64,000 nucleotides of DNA from Mobula hypostoma (Eukaryota): NCBI RefSeq assembly GCF_963921235.1, contig NC_086108.1, positions 105,092,001-105,156,000 of the forward strand, read 5' to 3'. The translations under genes and the position numbers were made by a program. Each line of letters begins with the position of its first letter. Position 1 is the first letter of the stretch. Of this stretch, positions 37,988 through 50,323 are shown piece by piece. Below the pieces are notes generated by a model. The model was not told the DNA's origin. It did no database searches and was given only the letters and a program-made list of their open reading frames with translations.

Positions 37988-38183
37988 TGTAGCGGTGCGC
38001 TACACACAGCGCTAGGATAACCACACGGAGTCGGTGAGTTAGAGTTGCGATGAAAAAGGTTTATTCAAACTTCGCGGCCTGCTTTTAAAGCCTTCCCGTT
38101 CCCGCCCTTTTTGCTGCCGGCCCCCTGCCTGCGCGCGCTGTTTCGTGAGCCGGTTCGTGGGTGCCAGAAAGTGGGTCGCCACA
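37988..38183 (-). repeat. 3' LTR (196 bp, internally deleted)
   Basis: Direct repeat of 41989-42273 lacking ~92 bp. Confidence 0.95.
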
Positions 38184-38198
38184 TAACCCCCCCCCCCC
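38184..38198 (-). promoter_or_regulatory. Polypurine tract
   Basis: G-run immediately upstream of the 3' LTR on the element strand. Confidence 0.85.
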
Positions 38199-38199
38199 A

Positions 38200-41100
38200 G
38201 AACCGGCGATACCTCCCGCAATGTCCACAGTCTGGATCGGCCTCTGTTTGGGAGGTCTGCCCCTGCGCCGCGGTGCCTGAGCCTGGACCGGCTGCGCCAA
38301 ATCCACATGGGCCGGTTTGAGTCGGTCCACCGTGAAAACCTCCTCTCTCCCCCCAATGTCCAGCACGAATGTGGACCCGTTGTTCCTGATCACCTTAAAC
38401 GGCCCCTCGTAGGGCCGCTGTAGCGGAGCCCGGTGTCCGCCCCGTCGTACAAGAAGAAACTTACAGTTCTGCAGGTCTTTGGGTACGCAGGTCGGACTCT
38501 GTCCGTGCTGTGAAGTGGGTATGGGGGCCAGGTTACCGAGCCTCTCCCGTAGTCTGTCCAGGACTGCTGTGGGTTCTTCCTCTTGCCCCCTTGGGGCTGG
38601 TATGAACTCTCCTGGGACGACCAGGGGCGCGCCGTACACCAACTCGGCCGACGAGGTGTGCAGATCCTCTTTGGGCGCCGTGCGGATTCCGAGCAGGACC
38701 CAGGGAAGTTCGTCCACCCAGTTGGCCCCTCCAGGCAGGCCATGAGAGCCGATTTCAGGTGACGGTGGAAGCGCTCCACTAGTCCGTTCGACTGTGGGTG
38801 GTAGGCAGTTGTGTGGTGTAGCTGAGATCCTAAAAGTCTGGCCATAGCCGACCACAGGCTGGAGGTGAACTGGGCGCCCCTGTCGGAGGTAATGTGGGCC
38901 GGTACCCCGAAGCGGGCTACCCAGGTTGCGATCAGTGCTCGGGCGCAGGATTCGGAGGTGGTGTCGCTGAGCGGGACTGCCTCTGGCCATCTGGTGAACC
39001 GGTCTATCATAGTTAGGAGGTACCGCGCTCCTCGTGACACTGGCAGGGGCCCCACGATATCCACATGGATGTGGTCGAACCTCCGGCGGGTGGGTTCGAA
39101 CCGCTGCGGTGGAGCCTTGGTGTGCCGCTGCACCTTGGCCGTTTGGCACTGCATGCACATTTTGGCCCATTCACTGACCTGTTTACGAAGCCCATGCCAC
39201 ACGAACCTGTTGGAGACCAGCCGGACGGTTGTCCTGATGGAGGGGTGCGATAAGTTGTGAATAGACTCGAAAACCCGCCGGCGCCAGGCTGCTGGGACGA
39301 CGGGGCGGGGTTGGCCGGTAGCTACGTCACATAGTAGGGTCCTCTCACCTGGGCCTACGGGGAGGTCTTGGAGCTGAAAACCGGAGACTGCAGTCCTGTA
39401 ACTGGGGATCTCAGTGTCTGCCTGCTGTGCCTCTGCCAGCGCTGCATAGTCCACCCCCTGGGACAGGGCCTGTATGGTCGGTCTGGATAGTGCGTCCGCC
39501 ACGACGTTGTCCTTTCCAGAGACATGTCGGATGTCCGTCGTGTACTCGGAGATGTAGGACAGATGTCGCTGCTGGCGGGACGACCAGGGGTCGGACACCT
39601 TAGTGAACGCAAAGGTAAGCGGTTTGTGGTATGTGAACGCGGTGAAGGGCCTACCTTCTAAGAAGTACCTGAAATGCCGGATTGCCAGGTATAGTGCCAA
39701 TAGCTCCTGGTCGAAAGCACTGTATTTGAGTTCGGGTGGTCGTAGGTGTTTGCTGAAGAACGCCAGGGGTTGCCAGCGACCCTCGATGAGTTGTTCCAGC
39801 ACTCCACCGACTGCTGTGTTGGATGCGTCCACCGTGAGGGCAGTAGGAACGTCCGTTCTGGGGTGCACTAGCATCACGGCTTTGCCAAGGCTTCTTTGGT
39901 TTTAACGAAAGCGGTTGCGGCCTCTTCGTCCCAGGTAATGTCCTTGCCCTTACCCGACATTAGAGTGAACAAGGGGCGCATGGTTCGGGCTGCTGAGGGG
40001 AGGAAACGGTGGTAGAAATTCACCATACCCACGAATTCCTGCAAGCCTTTGATTGTGTTGGGTCGGGGGAAGTGGCGGACCGCGTCTACCTTGGCGGGCA
40101 GCGGGGTTGCCCCGTCTTTAGTAATCCTGTGGCCCAGGAAGTCAATGGTGTCGAGTCCGAACTGGCATTTGGCTGGGTTGATTGTAAGGCCGAATTCGCT
40201 CAGGCGGGAGTAGAGCTGGCGGAGGTGGGACAGATGCTTCTGCCGACTACTGCTGGCTATGAGGATGTCGCCCAAATAGATAAATGCAAAGTCCAGGTCG
40301 CGTCCCACCACGTCCATTAGCCGCTGGAAAGTCTGTGCGGCATTCTTTAGACCAAACGGCATTCGGAGGAATTCGAAAAGTCCGAACGGGGTGATAAGTG
40401 CTGTTTTGGGGATGTCGTCCGGATGTACAGGGATTTGATGGTATCCCCGGACGAGGTCTACCTTGGAAAAGATCCCTGCGCCGTGTAGGTTTGCTGCGAA
40501 GTCTTGAATGTGCGGCACAGGGTAGAGGTCTGGCGTTGTAGCCTCGTTCAGTCTGCGGTAGTCACCGCATGGTCTCCAGCCCCCCGTTGCCTTGGGCACC
40601 ATGTGAAGGGGGGAGGCCCATGGGCTGTCAGACCGTCGTATGATCCCCAATTCCTCCATCTTCTTGAACTCCTCCTTCGCCAGTCGGAGCTTGTCCGGGG
40701 GAAGCCTTCGAGCACGGGCTTGGAGGGGTGGTCCCTGGGTCGGGATGTGGTGCTGTACTCCGTGTCTGGGCATGGCTGCCGTGAACTGCGGTGTCAGTAC
40801 TGATGGGAAATCCGCCAGGACCCTGGTGAATTCATCGTTGGACAGTGTGATGGAGTCCAGGTGTGGGGCTGGCAACTGTGCTTCACCCAGGGAGAACGTT
40901 TGAAAAGTCTTGGCGTGGACGAGTCGCTTCCCTTGCAGGTCGACCAGCAGGCTGTGGGCTCGTAGAAAATCTGCCCCCAGGAGTGGTTGGGTCACGGCGG
41001 CCAGTGTGAAGTCCCACGTGAACCGGCTGGAGCTGAACTGTAGCCGCACCGTGCGGGTGCCGTAGGTTCGTATTGTGCTGCCATTAGCGGCCCTCAGGGT

Positions 41101-41271
41101 GGGTCCCGGTTCTCTGTTGCGGGTGTCGTAACTAGTTGGAGGTAAGACGCTGATCTCCGTTCCGGTGTCGACCAAAAAGCGGCGTCCCGACTGCTTGTCC
41201 CAGACGTACAGGAGGCTGTCCTGATGGCCAGCCGCCGTACCCGTCAGCGGCGGCTGGCCCTGGCGTTTCCC
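38200..41271 (-). pseudogene. pol: Gypsy pol (protease, RT, RNase H, integrase with GPY/F motif), two frameshifts
   Basis: [70 protein letters not shown]; frame changes near 39875 and 38740. Confidence 0.93.
41226..41271 (-). promoter_or_regulatory. -1 programmed ribosomal frameshift signal
   Basis: G GGA AAC in the gag frame, 5-nt spacer, perfect 12-bp stem; pol lies in the -1 frame. Confidence 0.85.
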
Positions 41272-41948
41272 GGGAATTTGCAGGGTGGTCTGCAGCGGCG
41301 GGCCTCTGTGCCCCACCGCTGGTGGTAGAAGCACCATTGTTCGTTGGGCTCCTCACTCCCGTCGCCGGGTTTTGTAGGCTCTGCTGCCGGGCCTGGTCTG
41401 GTCTGTCGTTGGGCACGCGGCTTGGTGATCTGTGCGACGGATGCCCCTCTCTCTTTCCTGGCATTCCACAGCACATCTGCTCGGGCCGCCACCTCCCGGG
41501 GATCGCTGAAATCTGCGTCGGACAGCAGCATGCATTCGTCCTCGGGCAGTTGCTCTAGGAACGCCTGCTCAAACATGAGGCAGGGTTTGTGTCCTTCAGC
41601 CAGGGCCAGCATCTCGTTCATTAATGCTGACGGCGGCCTGTCTCCCAAACCATCCAGGTGCATTAAGCGGCGTGCTCGTTCGCGCCGTGAGAGTCCGAAA
41701 GTCCTTATGAGCAGGGCTTTGAATGCTGTGTATTTGCCGTCCTCCGGGGGCGACTGTGTAAACTCCTCAACTTGTGCAGCAGTCTCCTGGTCGAGGGAGC
41801 TCAGCACGTAGTAGTAGCGAGTGGACTCCGAGGTTATCTGCCGAATGTGGAATTGTGCTTCTGCCTGTTCGAACCATAAATGGAATCGCAGCGTCCAGAA
41901 GCCTGGCAGTTTTAACGAAACTGCGTGAACAGATGCAGCGTCGGTCAT
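41244..41948 (-). CDS. gag: Gypsy Gag-like protein with CHCC knuckle; ORF intact
   Basis: ORF from MTDAAS just after the [43 protein letters not shown]. Confidence 0.88.
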   Translation of the reverse strand: MTDAASVHAVSLKLPGFWTLRFHLWFEQAEAQFHIRQITSESTRYYYVLSSLDQETAAQVEEFTQSPPEDGKYTAFKALLIRTFGLSRRERARRLMHLDGLGDRPPSALMNEMLALAEGHKPCLMFEQAFLEQLPEDECMLLSDADFSDPREVAARADVLWNARKERGASVAQITKPRAQRQTRPGPAAEPTKPGDGSEEPNEQWCFYHQRWGTEARRCRPPCKFPGNARASRR

Positions 41949-41972
41949 CTCTGGTCCAAATATCGTTTGGGC

Positions 41973-41986
41973 CGTCGGGGTCACCA
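41973..41986 (-). promoter_or_regulatory. Primer-binding site, tRNA-Trp
   Basis: tggtgaccccgacg two nt inside the 5' LTR boundary; complementary to the tRNA-Trp 3' end as I recall it. Confidence 0.85.
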
Positions 41987-41988
41987 AT

Positions 41989-42273
41989 TGTAACGATGTG
42001 CTACACACAGCGCTAGAATAACCACACGGAGTCGGTGAGTTGGAGTTGCGATGAAAGAGATTTATTCAAACTTCGCGGCCCGCTTTAAAGCCTTCCCGTT
42101 CCCGCCCTCCCTGGGCGGGACTACTGTGGGGAATGCATATTCCCAGACCCTTTCTGTGCGCGGGATTTTCCCCCCGCTGGGGAAGATGGCCTGGCGCCCT
42201 TTTTGCTGCCGGCCCTCTGCCTGCGCGCGCTGTTGTGAGCCGGTTCGTGGGTGCTAGAAAGTGGGTCGCCACA
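41989..42273 (-). repeat. 5' LTR (285 bp)
   Basis: TG...CA ends, AATAAA on the element strand, adjacent to the PBS. Confidence 0.95.
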
Positions 42274-42306
42274 ATACTTCAGCCCAAATTGTCTATGCTG
42301 ACCAAG

Positions 42307-42806
42307 TGTCAGTACCTCCAGTTGAACTTTGTCTTTTTGTGTGTTTCCCCCCTAGCCGTCAGTTTGTGTTTTTGTATTGCCATGTGCTCTTGTTTGTTTT
42401 CATTCTACATGTGCTCCTGTCCCTGCTCCTGCTCTACTCTGGCCCCTGTATTACTGAGTACTCTGCCTCTCACCTGTTTTACTACCACTTCTGTCTCATT
42501 GTGCTCCACCTATCATTGGCCTCTCCGTTTATTGCTGTGTATTTCAGTCCTGTGTTTTCACCTGTTTGTTGCCAGATTGTGCCAGTGAGTTTTCCTGAGC
42601 CTTACCAGAATTTGTACCTGAACTCTGTCCTTCCTAATATCAACTCTGCCTGTTTCCCGATTCTGGTTTTTGGATTTCTCTGGAATCTGATCTCCACCTG
42701 AACTTTGACACCGACTTTGTTGCCCCTCTGGATTTGCTCCTTAGTAAATATCACAGTGCGCACAGTACTGGGTCTGCGTTTGGGTCCCTGCTTCATCGTC
42801 CTGACA
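42307..42806. mobile_element. Solo LTR
   Basis: Ends tgtcag...ctgaca; flanks ccaag/caaag (5-bp TSD, one mismatch). Confidence 0.7.
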
Positions 42807-43744
42807 CAAAGATGTCTACTTGAGTTAGTCAAACTTCTCTGCATTTGGCCATATCCATCTAAAATTTTCCCATCTGTGTTCCTGAATAACATAATTTTAC
42901 ACTCTTTTACCATTTCCTCTCTCAGCTCTTTCCACATAAAAAAGTACAGCAGAGAAACATACTCCCGCCAACCTAGTCCACGCTAAAATGACTTAAGCTG
43001 CCTACTCCCATCGACCTGCACCGGGACCATACCCTTCATACCCCTACCATCCATGTACTTTTCCAGACTTCACTTAAATGTTGAAATCGAGCTTGTATGC
43101 ACCATTTGTGCTGGCAGCTGATCCCATATTCTCACAACCTTCTGATCCCCCTCATGTTCCCCTTAAACTTTTCACCTTTTATTTTAAACTTTCCACTTTT
43201 CACCCATAAACTTTTCAATGTTCCACACATACTATCTCCCTCTGTGTGAAACATTGCCTCTCGGGTCTCTTTTAAATCTTCCCCCTCTGACCTTAATCTT
43301 ACCATCATCATTATGTGCCATATGGTATGACAAGGGCAATCATGGTCTTTCCATGATCATTATTGTTCTTGGCAAATTTTTCTACAAAAGTACTTTACCA
43401 TTGTCTTCTTCTGAGCAGCGCCTTTGCAAGACGGTTGACTCCAGCCATTATCAATACTCGTCAGAGATTTGCTGCCTGGCATCAGTGGTCACCTAATCAG
43501 GACCTGTGGTACTTATACAACCACCCACCACCTGCTCTCATGACCCTGATCGGGGGGCTAAGCAGGTGCCACACCTTGCCCAAGAGTGACCCACAGGCTA
43601 GCGGAGAGAATGAGTGCCTTAGGCCTTCTTTGATAGAGGTGTATCTCCACCCCCATGCCCTTTAGTTCTAGACAACCCTTCCCTGGTAAAAAGACCGAGA
43701 CCATTCACTTTACCTCTTCCCCGCATTATTTTATAAGGGTCTAT

Positions 43745-44272
43745 ACACTGAGTGGCCACTATTAGCTTCATCTGTACACCTGCTCATTAACACAAATCTC
43801 TGATCAGCCAATCATGTGACAGCAACTCTGTGAATGAAAGCATGCAGACATGGTCAAGAGGTTCAGTTGTTGTTCAGGCCAAGCATCAGAAAGGGGAAGG
43901 AATGTGATGTAACTGATTTTGACCATGGAATGATTGCTGCTATTTGCTAGTTTGAGCATCTCAGAAGGTGCTGACCTACTGGGGTTCTCGTGCACAACAG
44001 TCTCTCGAGTTTACAGAGAATGGTGCAAAAACATAAAACATCCAGTGAACAGCAATTCTGTGGGCGAAAACACCTTGTTAATGAGAACGGGCAGAGGGGA
44101 ATGGCCAGACTGAGTCAAACTGACTTGAAGGTGGCAGTAACTCAAGTTACCATGTGTTGTAACAGTGGTGTGCATAAGATCATCTGTGAATGCTCAAAGC
44201 CTCAAACCTTGAAGTGAATGGGCCTCAACAGCAGAAGATCACAAACGTACACACACTTCATTAGGCACAGGA
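43745..44272 (+). mobile_element. Tc1 deletion derivative
   Basis: ta-cactgagtggccactattag start; peptide KTSSEQQFCGRKHLVNENGQRGMARL. Confidence 0.8.
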
Positions 44273-45984
44273 ACTTTATAATGCCGATGCATTCTCCTAA
44301 GGGAATAAAAATCCCAATCAATTCAACCTCCCCTTAAAGGGTGTCGCTGTGATTGTGATTCACTCTATCTACAAGTCAAAAGAACGATGAAGCCAATAAA
44401 TCACAGGGGCTCTGATACTTACAAATAGTTGCATAGCATCGAGTTTTTTAAGTGAGTTTAAAGAGCTTTGTATCATTCAAGTCAATTGCCGAACTGTCTC
44501 ACAGGAATTTTGATGAAATGCCTTTTTTGTTGAACATGTCACTCAGTGAACACTCTGTCTGTAAACAACAGCAAATCCAATGTAGAATTATGTTCCAGCA
44601 ACAGACAGTATTGGATGGATACAGTAACAGCTCAGCGGGTGTCTAACTTTACTTACAAGGGAATCCAATCCAGGAGAGGCAGGTAAAATTAATGAATCAC
44701 AGAAACACGGACACCTACTGAGAGATTACTTACATCTCAGGGGGGAGCTTGACAGTTTTGATGTGTGGTAGTTGTGAGGTTTTGATGTGTGGTTCCTTTA
44801 GGTTTTTATAGCCGGGGGAGGTAGTGGGATGAGCTCCCTCTATCTATTAAATGCTCCCAGTGGCGTGTGTCTCAAATAGCCTCTGACAACCAAGTTTAGC
44901 ATGCGTGGTTTATGTGCGCTTACCAAGGCCTTCACACGGGGATTAGCTACCAAGCCCGGTGGGACAGTTTCTAGTGACAGGAAAAAGGGCAAAGGTGGGT
45001 TATTGGCACCTTAAAACCACTTGATTCAGGCAACTGGGGCCCATCAGCTGTGGCTGGCAGCTCATCTAGAAAGAAAGATCTGAACTCAGACTTCCGTTGT
45101 CTGGCGGCTGTATCGGCTCATGAGGAAGGCTTCAGAAGTAAACCCTGAGGAAAGGTTGGAGCTGGAGTTCCTAAGGCAGCCCTGCATCAAATTCAAACCT
45201 GACTGGCAACTCCTGTGACACTACGCGTGATAAACTGTATTGGTCTCTACAACTCCTTTGGATTCATCAGCTGTGTGAAGAGGGAGAGCCTGCTGCACGA
45301 GCAACAGTTTGCTCTCCGTATCGTACTGGCCTGGCTTGCGTATCACATAGACAGGACACATGTCCACGGTCGACCTCGACCAACAGATTGACCTCCCATG
45401 GTTGTGAGGTTTGATTCTGTGTTGGAACAATATCCATATTTGTAACTTTGTTCTTACCCAAAGGCTAGAGTTTCCCAAAAATAGTTTATTCCCTCCTGTT
45501 GAAATTTGACTCTGATCTTTTGGCCTATTATTTATCTATTTAGACAGCGGTTTCCAACCCAGCTCTGATTTGGTTAATGGTAAGGGTTCATGGCATAAAG
45601 GAAGGTTGGGCACCCCTGATTTAGAGATACAGCGCAGAATTGGCCCTTTCAGTTCTTCGAGCTGCACCACCCAACAAACCCTGACAACCACGATTTAACC
45701 CTAACCTAATCAAATGATAATTTACAGAGACCAGTTAACCTACCCGGCACATCTTTGGATTCTGGGAATTAACTGGAGGACCCAGAGAAAACCCACACAT
45801 TCCACGGGGCGGACATACAGAGACGTCTTGCAGACGATGCCAGGGTTGAACTCTCTTCGACACTGCGAGCTGTAGTAGTGTCGCACTTTTTGCTACACCA
45901 CTGTGGTGCCCCACTCAGAGTACTGCCACGAGATACCGGCTGTGCAGGTTAACAGGGTGGTAAAGAAGGAATATGGAGTGTTTA

Positions 45985-46190
45985 GTCATAGTGATAGGGT
46001 ACTAGTAGTATTAATGCGATCACTCAAGTTGAGTATGATGTTCTCTGAAGAGTTCATCTGTTGGTGGCTGTAGAGACCGAGCCGGGATCCACATATTCTG
46101 GTGCAGTGTAAACAAGAGTAAGCGGTGGTTGTTGTTAGTAGCTGGGCTTGTAGTTGTTCAGTCCCTCCTTTCACAGTTGCCCCTTGTTCT
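45985..46190 (-). mobile_element. RTE-like LINE extreme 3' fragment
   Basis: Terminal C2H2-like remnant CLHCTRICGSRLGLYSHQ and a short-repeat tail. Confidence 0.55.
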
Positions 46191-47738
46191 CTGCGTTACA
46201 GCACAGGTTGCTCTCATGCAGCACAGCTCCCTCTTGAACAGATTTCCTCCAGGTGTATCTATAGAGTACAATGTCTTCCCAGGGTTTAGATGTCTATGGG
46301 ACACCACAGCCCGGAAACAGGCCCTTCAGCCCATCTAGCACGTGCAGAACTGTTATTTTGCCTTGTCCTATCGACCCACACCTGAGTCATAGCCCTCTAT
46401 ACCCTTCCCATCCAAACTTCCATGAAATGTTGAAAATCAAACCCACATTCACTACTTCCACCAGCAGGTCTCACCACACTCTGAGTGAAGAGGTTCCCTC
46501 TCATGTTCCCCTTAAATATTTCACTTTCAATCTTAACCTATAATCTCTGGTTCTAGTCTCACTCAACCTCAGTGGAAAAGACCTACTTGCATTTACCCTA
46601 TCTATACTCCTCATCATTTTATGTATCATTATTAAATCTCGCCTCATTCTCCTTCCAGCACCTACAGTCTCTTGTGTGCCACGAATTAGAGAATAGGACG
46701 TACCTTTAATTAGTGGCATGGTGATTAAATAAGCAGAGAATTATCTAGTAACCAGGACAGTTAATGCAGGAACAATGAGTTTACAATCAGATTTCAAGCA
46801 GCAGATGATTTATTATTTCAAGCAGGCTTAAGGACTCCTCCGGCTTATAATCAGGACATGGATTTCCATAACTGCAAAAAGGAAAACATAAATTCAGTTA
46901 AAACATGGAACAGCGAACACCTCAGGCCCTTCAGTCCATGATAGTGTGCCAACATGCAGCATATAAACTTACTCCACCATCAAAATAACCCTTTCCTCCT
47001 CCACAGCAGATAACCCTCCGTTATTCTGACATCTATGTGCCTATCTAAGAGTCTCTTATATGTTCACAATGCAGCAGAGTCTGGTTCCTTAAAGTTGATA
47101 TGGCAGGGGATGGTAATGGGGATAAGCTCCCACTGCCTGTTATATGCTCCCGGTCGCGTGCACCTCAATGAGCCTCTGACAACCAGCTCCTGGCCTTCAA
47201 GTGTTACTTAGCTACTAGGCCAGTGGAACCTTCTCTACTGACAGGAGAAGGGGCAAAGGCTGGTTAATGGCATCTTAAAGCCAGTCACCTCAGGGAGATA
47301 TTGCTTGTCAGCCATTGTTAGCAGCTCATCCGGGAAAGAAGACAACTCTGATCTCAACCCTTGTGGCTCTACCCATTCACAGAGGAGTCTTCAGGAGTAA
47401 ACCCTGAGGAAAAATCTGGAGCTGGGATCCTTAAGACAGTCCTATGCTGAGTTCAACACTGACTGGGAACATCTGTGACTCTGCTGGTAACAAACTGTAT
47501 CGGTGCCTGCCATTCCTTTGGGTTCATCAGATGCATGGAGTGAGTGAGTGTACTACATGGGCAACAGCTTGCTCTCCATATCATACTGCCCAGGCTTGTG
47601 TATCTAGCCGGCTAGGATGCAATATCCATGGTTGACCCTGACCAATGGAGCCCTCACTCACTTAACAGCCTCAAAAGCCATTCCCATCTGTGTGCTCCAG
47701 GCACCCACCACCCTTTGTACAAGAAAACTACCTCTAAA

Positions 47739-48809
47739 TGTTACAACTCAAACTGGCCACCAGAGGGGGGGGGGCAGAGATGACAAGGTCAAACCTCCCT
47801 GATCACCTACCCATTAGGCTAATTATTAGTTCATGGTTATCATCTGTGCTTTGTTTATATCCCCATACAAGTTACTTGTCCCTTTGCTTAGTCTTGGAAT
47901 CATCTCTTGTAAGTGAAACATTGCTTTTGTTTGTAGGAATTGCTAGTGTCTGGGATGCTAGTTAATGTATTTTGGATTTTGACATTGCTTGTGAGTTTTA
48001 TTTTGGACTCTCGACTTCACCAGTTAAGCAATCCAGTAAAGTCTTGTTGGATGTTTTCTAATCTTGTGTGATTTGTCTCCTCAGTTGGTGTTCACCAATA
48101 TTCAGTGTGAGGGAAGGTGAAACTGAAGAACGCAAACACGTGGACATACCCGATCAAAACTTTTCCATGGATGGCTTCCAGACCGTTCGGGCTGACTGGA
48201 AGTACACTGAGAGCGGTAAGGGTTAAGGAGTTGGGGGCTTACTGTTCTGGTTAACAACGGATGGTGCAATCCTGATCATATTACGATCGACTCTGTTGGA
48301 GTCTGTTGGACTCTGGCCATATTCCACTGAGATACAACATGGGCGTCACAGGAGGTTGTTCCTGCCTGTGGCCATCGAACTTTGCAGTTCCTCCCGTGGA
48401 GGGTCAGACACCCTGTGCCAATAGGCTGGTCCTGGACTTATTTCCATCTGGCATAGTTTGCATATTGTTGTTTGATTGTTTGTGGTTTTTGTATTGCTAT
48501 ATTTATGCTCTATTCTTGGTTGGTGTGGCTGTAACGAAACCCAATTTCCCTCAGGATCAATAAAGTATATCTATCTATCTATCTATCTATCTGCAGATGC
48601 TGGAATTACAAGCAACACACATAAAAGTTGCTGGTGAATGCAGCAGGCCAGGCAGCATCTTTAGGAAGAGGCGCAGTCGATGTTTCGGGCCGAGACCCTT
48701 CGGCCTGAAACGTCGACTGTACCTCCTCCTAGAGATGCTGCCTGGCCTGCTGCGTTCACCAGCAACTTTTATGTGTGAAACTGAAGAAGTTATCTAGTCA
48801 GCTGGGACA
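47739..48809. mobile_element. Probable solo LTR containing nested insertions
   Basis: tgttac start, gggaca end, flanks ctaaa/ctgaa; host repeat resumes afterwards. Confidence 0.55.
48131..48774. mobile_element. Fold-back Penelope pseudo-LTR insertion, itself interrupted by a Rex1-like piece (~48146-48590) with (tatc)n tail
   Basis: 14-bp direct repeat gtgaaactgaagaa at 48117 and 48775; inverted arms 48616-48690 and 48702-48777. Confidence 0.75.
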
Positions 48810-49634
48810 CTGAAATCTCCCCTAAACTTTCCTTCATTATCCTTAATTGGATATCTTCTGATGTTGGCCCATGCTGCCCTGGGGAAAAAGTCTCTGGCTG
48901 TCCATGTCTCTCAATCTTACACAACTAATTAATGTCATTCAGAATTAAAACCATTGGATTGTCATAAAAATGTGCTTGGATCCTTTGGAGAAGAAATCAC
49001 TACTTGTTACCTGATTGGGTGTAGCAAATATGGAATTGCATGTTACTCTGATGTTGTGGCCATTACAGAGACTTTGATGTAAGATATTCAGAGCTGGCAG
49101 CTTAATGTTCCTGGGTACCTTAACCAATCCAACTTACAACATTAAAACTAAAAGAGCATGTTTCTGACTACAGGAAGGTGAGGCAGTGCACACAATTCTG
49201 TTTACATCAGTGAGGCTGAGGTTGAGAGCTTCAAGTTTCTGAGAGTGAACATTACCAACTGCCTGTCCTGGTGAACCTTTGGAAGTGCCGTGGACAAGAA
49301 AGCTCACAGAGTACCACCATCTCCTCAGAGATCAGTACATTTGGTAAGTTCTCTCTGACTCTCACCAATCCTTATCACAGAAAGCATCCTATCTGATTTA
49401 TCATGGCTTGTTATAGCAACTGCTCTATCTGTGACTGCAAGAAACCACAGAGAATTATGGATGTACCTCAGCATAACTGGAAACCAGCCTCCCCTTCATG
49501 GACTGTCAACTCTTCTCTGTCTTGGCAAAGCAGCCAACACCCACCCTGGACACTCTCCCTTTTCCTCCCCTTCCAGGAGAAGCTACAAAAATCCAAAAGC
49601 ACGTACTACCAGGAACAAGGACAGCTTCTACCCT

Positions 49635-50323
49635 ATCAAAGTTGCTGGTGAATGCAGCAGGCCAGGCAGCATCTCTGGGAAGAGGTACAGTCAACATTTC
49701 TTGCCGAGACCCTTCGTCAGTACTAACCGAAAGAAGAGCTAGTAAGAGATTTGAGAGGGGGAGGGGGAGATCCGAAATGATAGGAGGAGACAGGAGGGGG
49801 AGGGATGGAGCCCAGGGCTGGACAGTTGATTGGCAAAAGGGATAAACCTGATGGCATGAACATTGACTTCTCAAACTTCTGCTACTGCCCCAATTCCCCC
49901 TTGTACCCCATCCATTATTTATTTATATACATACATTCTTTTTCTCTCTTTCCTTTTTCTCCCTCTGTCCCTCTCACTATACCCCTTGCCCATCCTCTGG
50001 GTTTCCCCCCTCCCCTTTTTCCTTCTCCCTGGGCCTCCTGTCCCATGATCCTCTCATATCACTTTTGCCAATCAACTGTCCAGCTCTTGGCTCCATCCCT
50101 TCCCCTCCTGTCTTCTCCTATCATTTCGGACCTCCCCCTCCCCCTCCCCCTCCCACTTTCAAATCTCTTCCTAGCTCTTCTTTCAGTTAGTCCTGACGAA
50201 GGGTGTCAGCCCGAAATGTCGACTGTATCTCTTCCTCGAGATGCTGCCTGGCCTGCTGCGTTCACCAGCAACTTTGATGTGTGTTGCTTGAATTTCCAGC
50301 ATCTGCAGATTTCCTCGTGTTTG
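49635..50323. mobile_element. Penelope insertion with long inverted pseudo-LTR arms
   Basis: Arms ~49635-49840 and ~50063-50280; flanks cagcttctaccct/cagtttctaccct; motif agtcCTGACGAagggtgtcagcccGAAAtGTCgact at 50189-50224. Confidence 0.85.

Larger units (their letters stand above)
37988..42273 (-). mobile_element. Full-length Ty3/Gypsy LTR retrotransposon (CsRn1-like), defective
   Basis: Two TG...CA LTRs, TSD atac/atac, PBS, PPT, domain order gag-PR-RT-RH-IN. Confidence 0.97.

Noticed and set aside
38085..39170. 361-aa ORF as an env or extra Gypsy gene
   Set aside because: Its C-terminal half is the frameshifted integrase tail; the rest is an alternative frame of GC-rich pol
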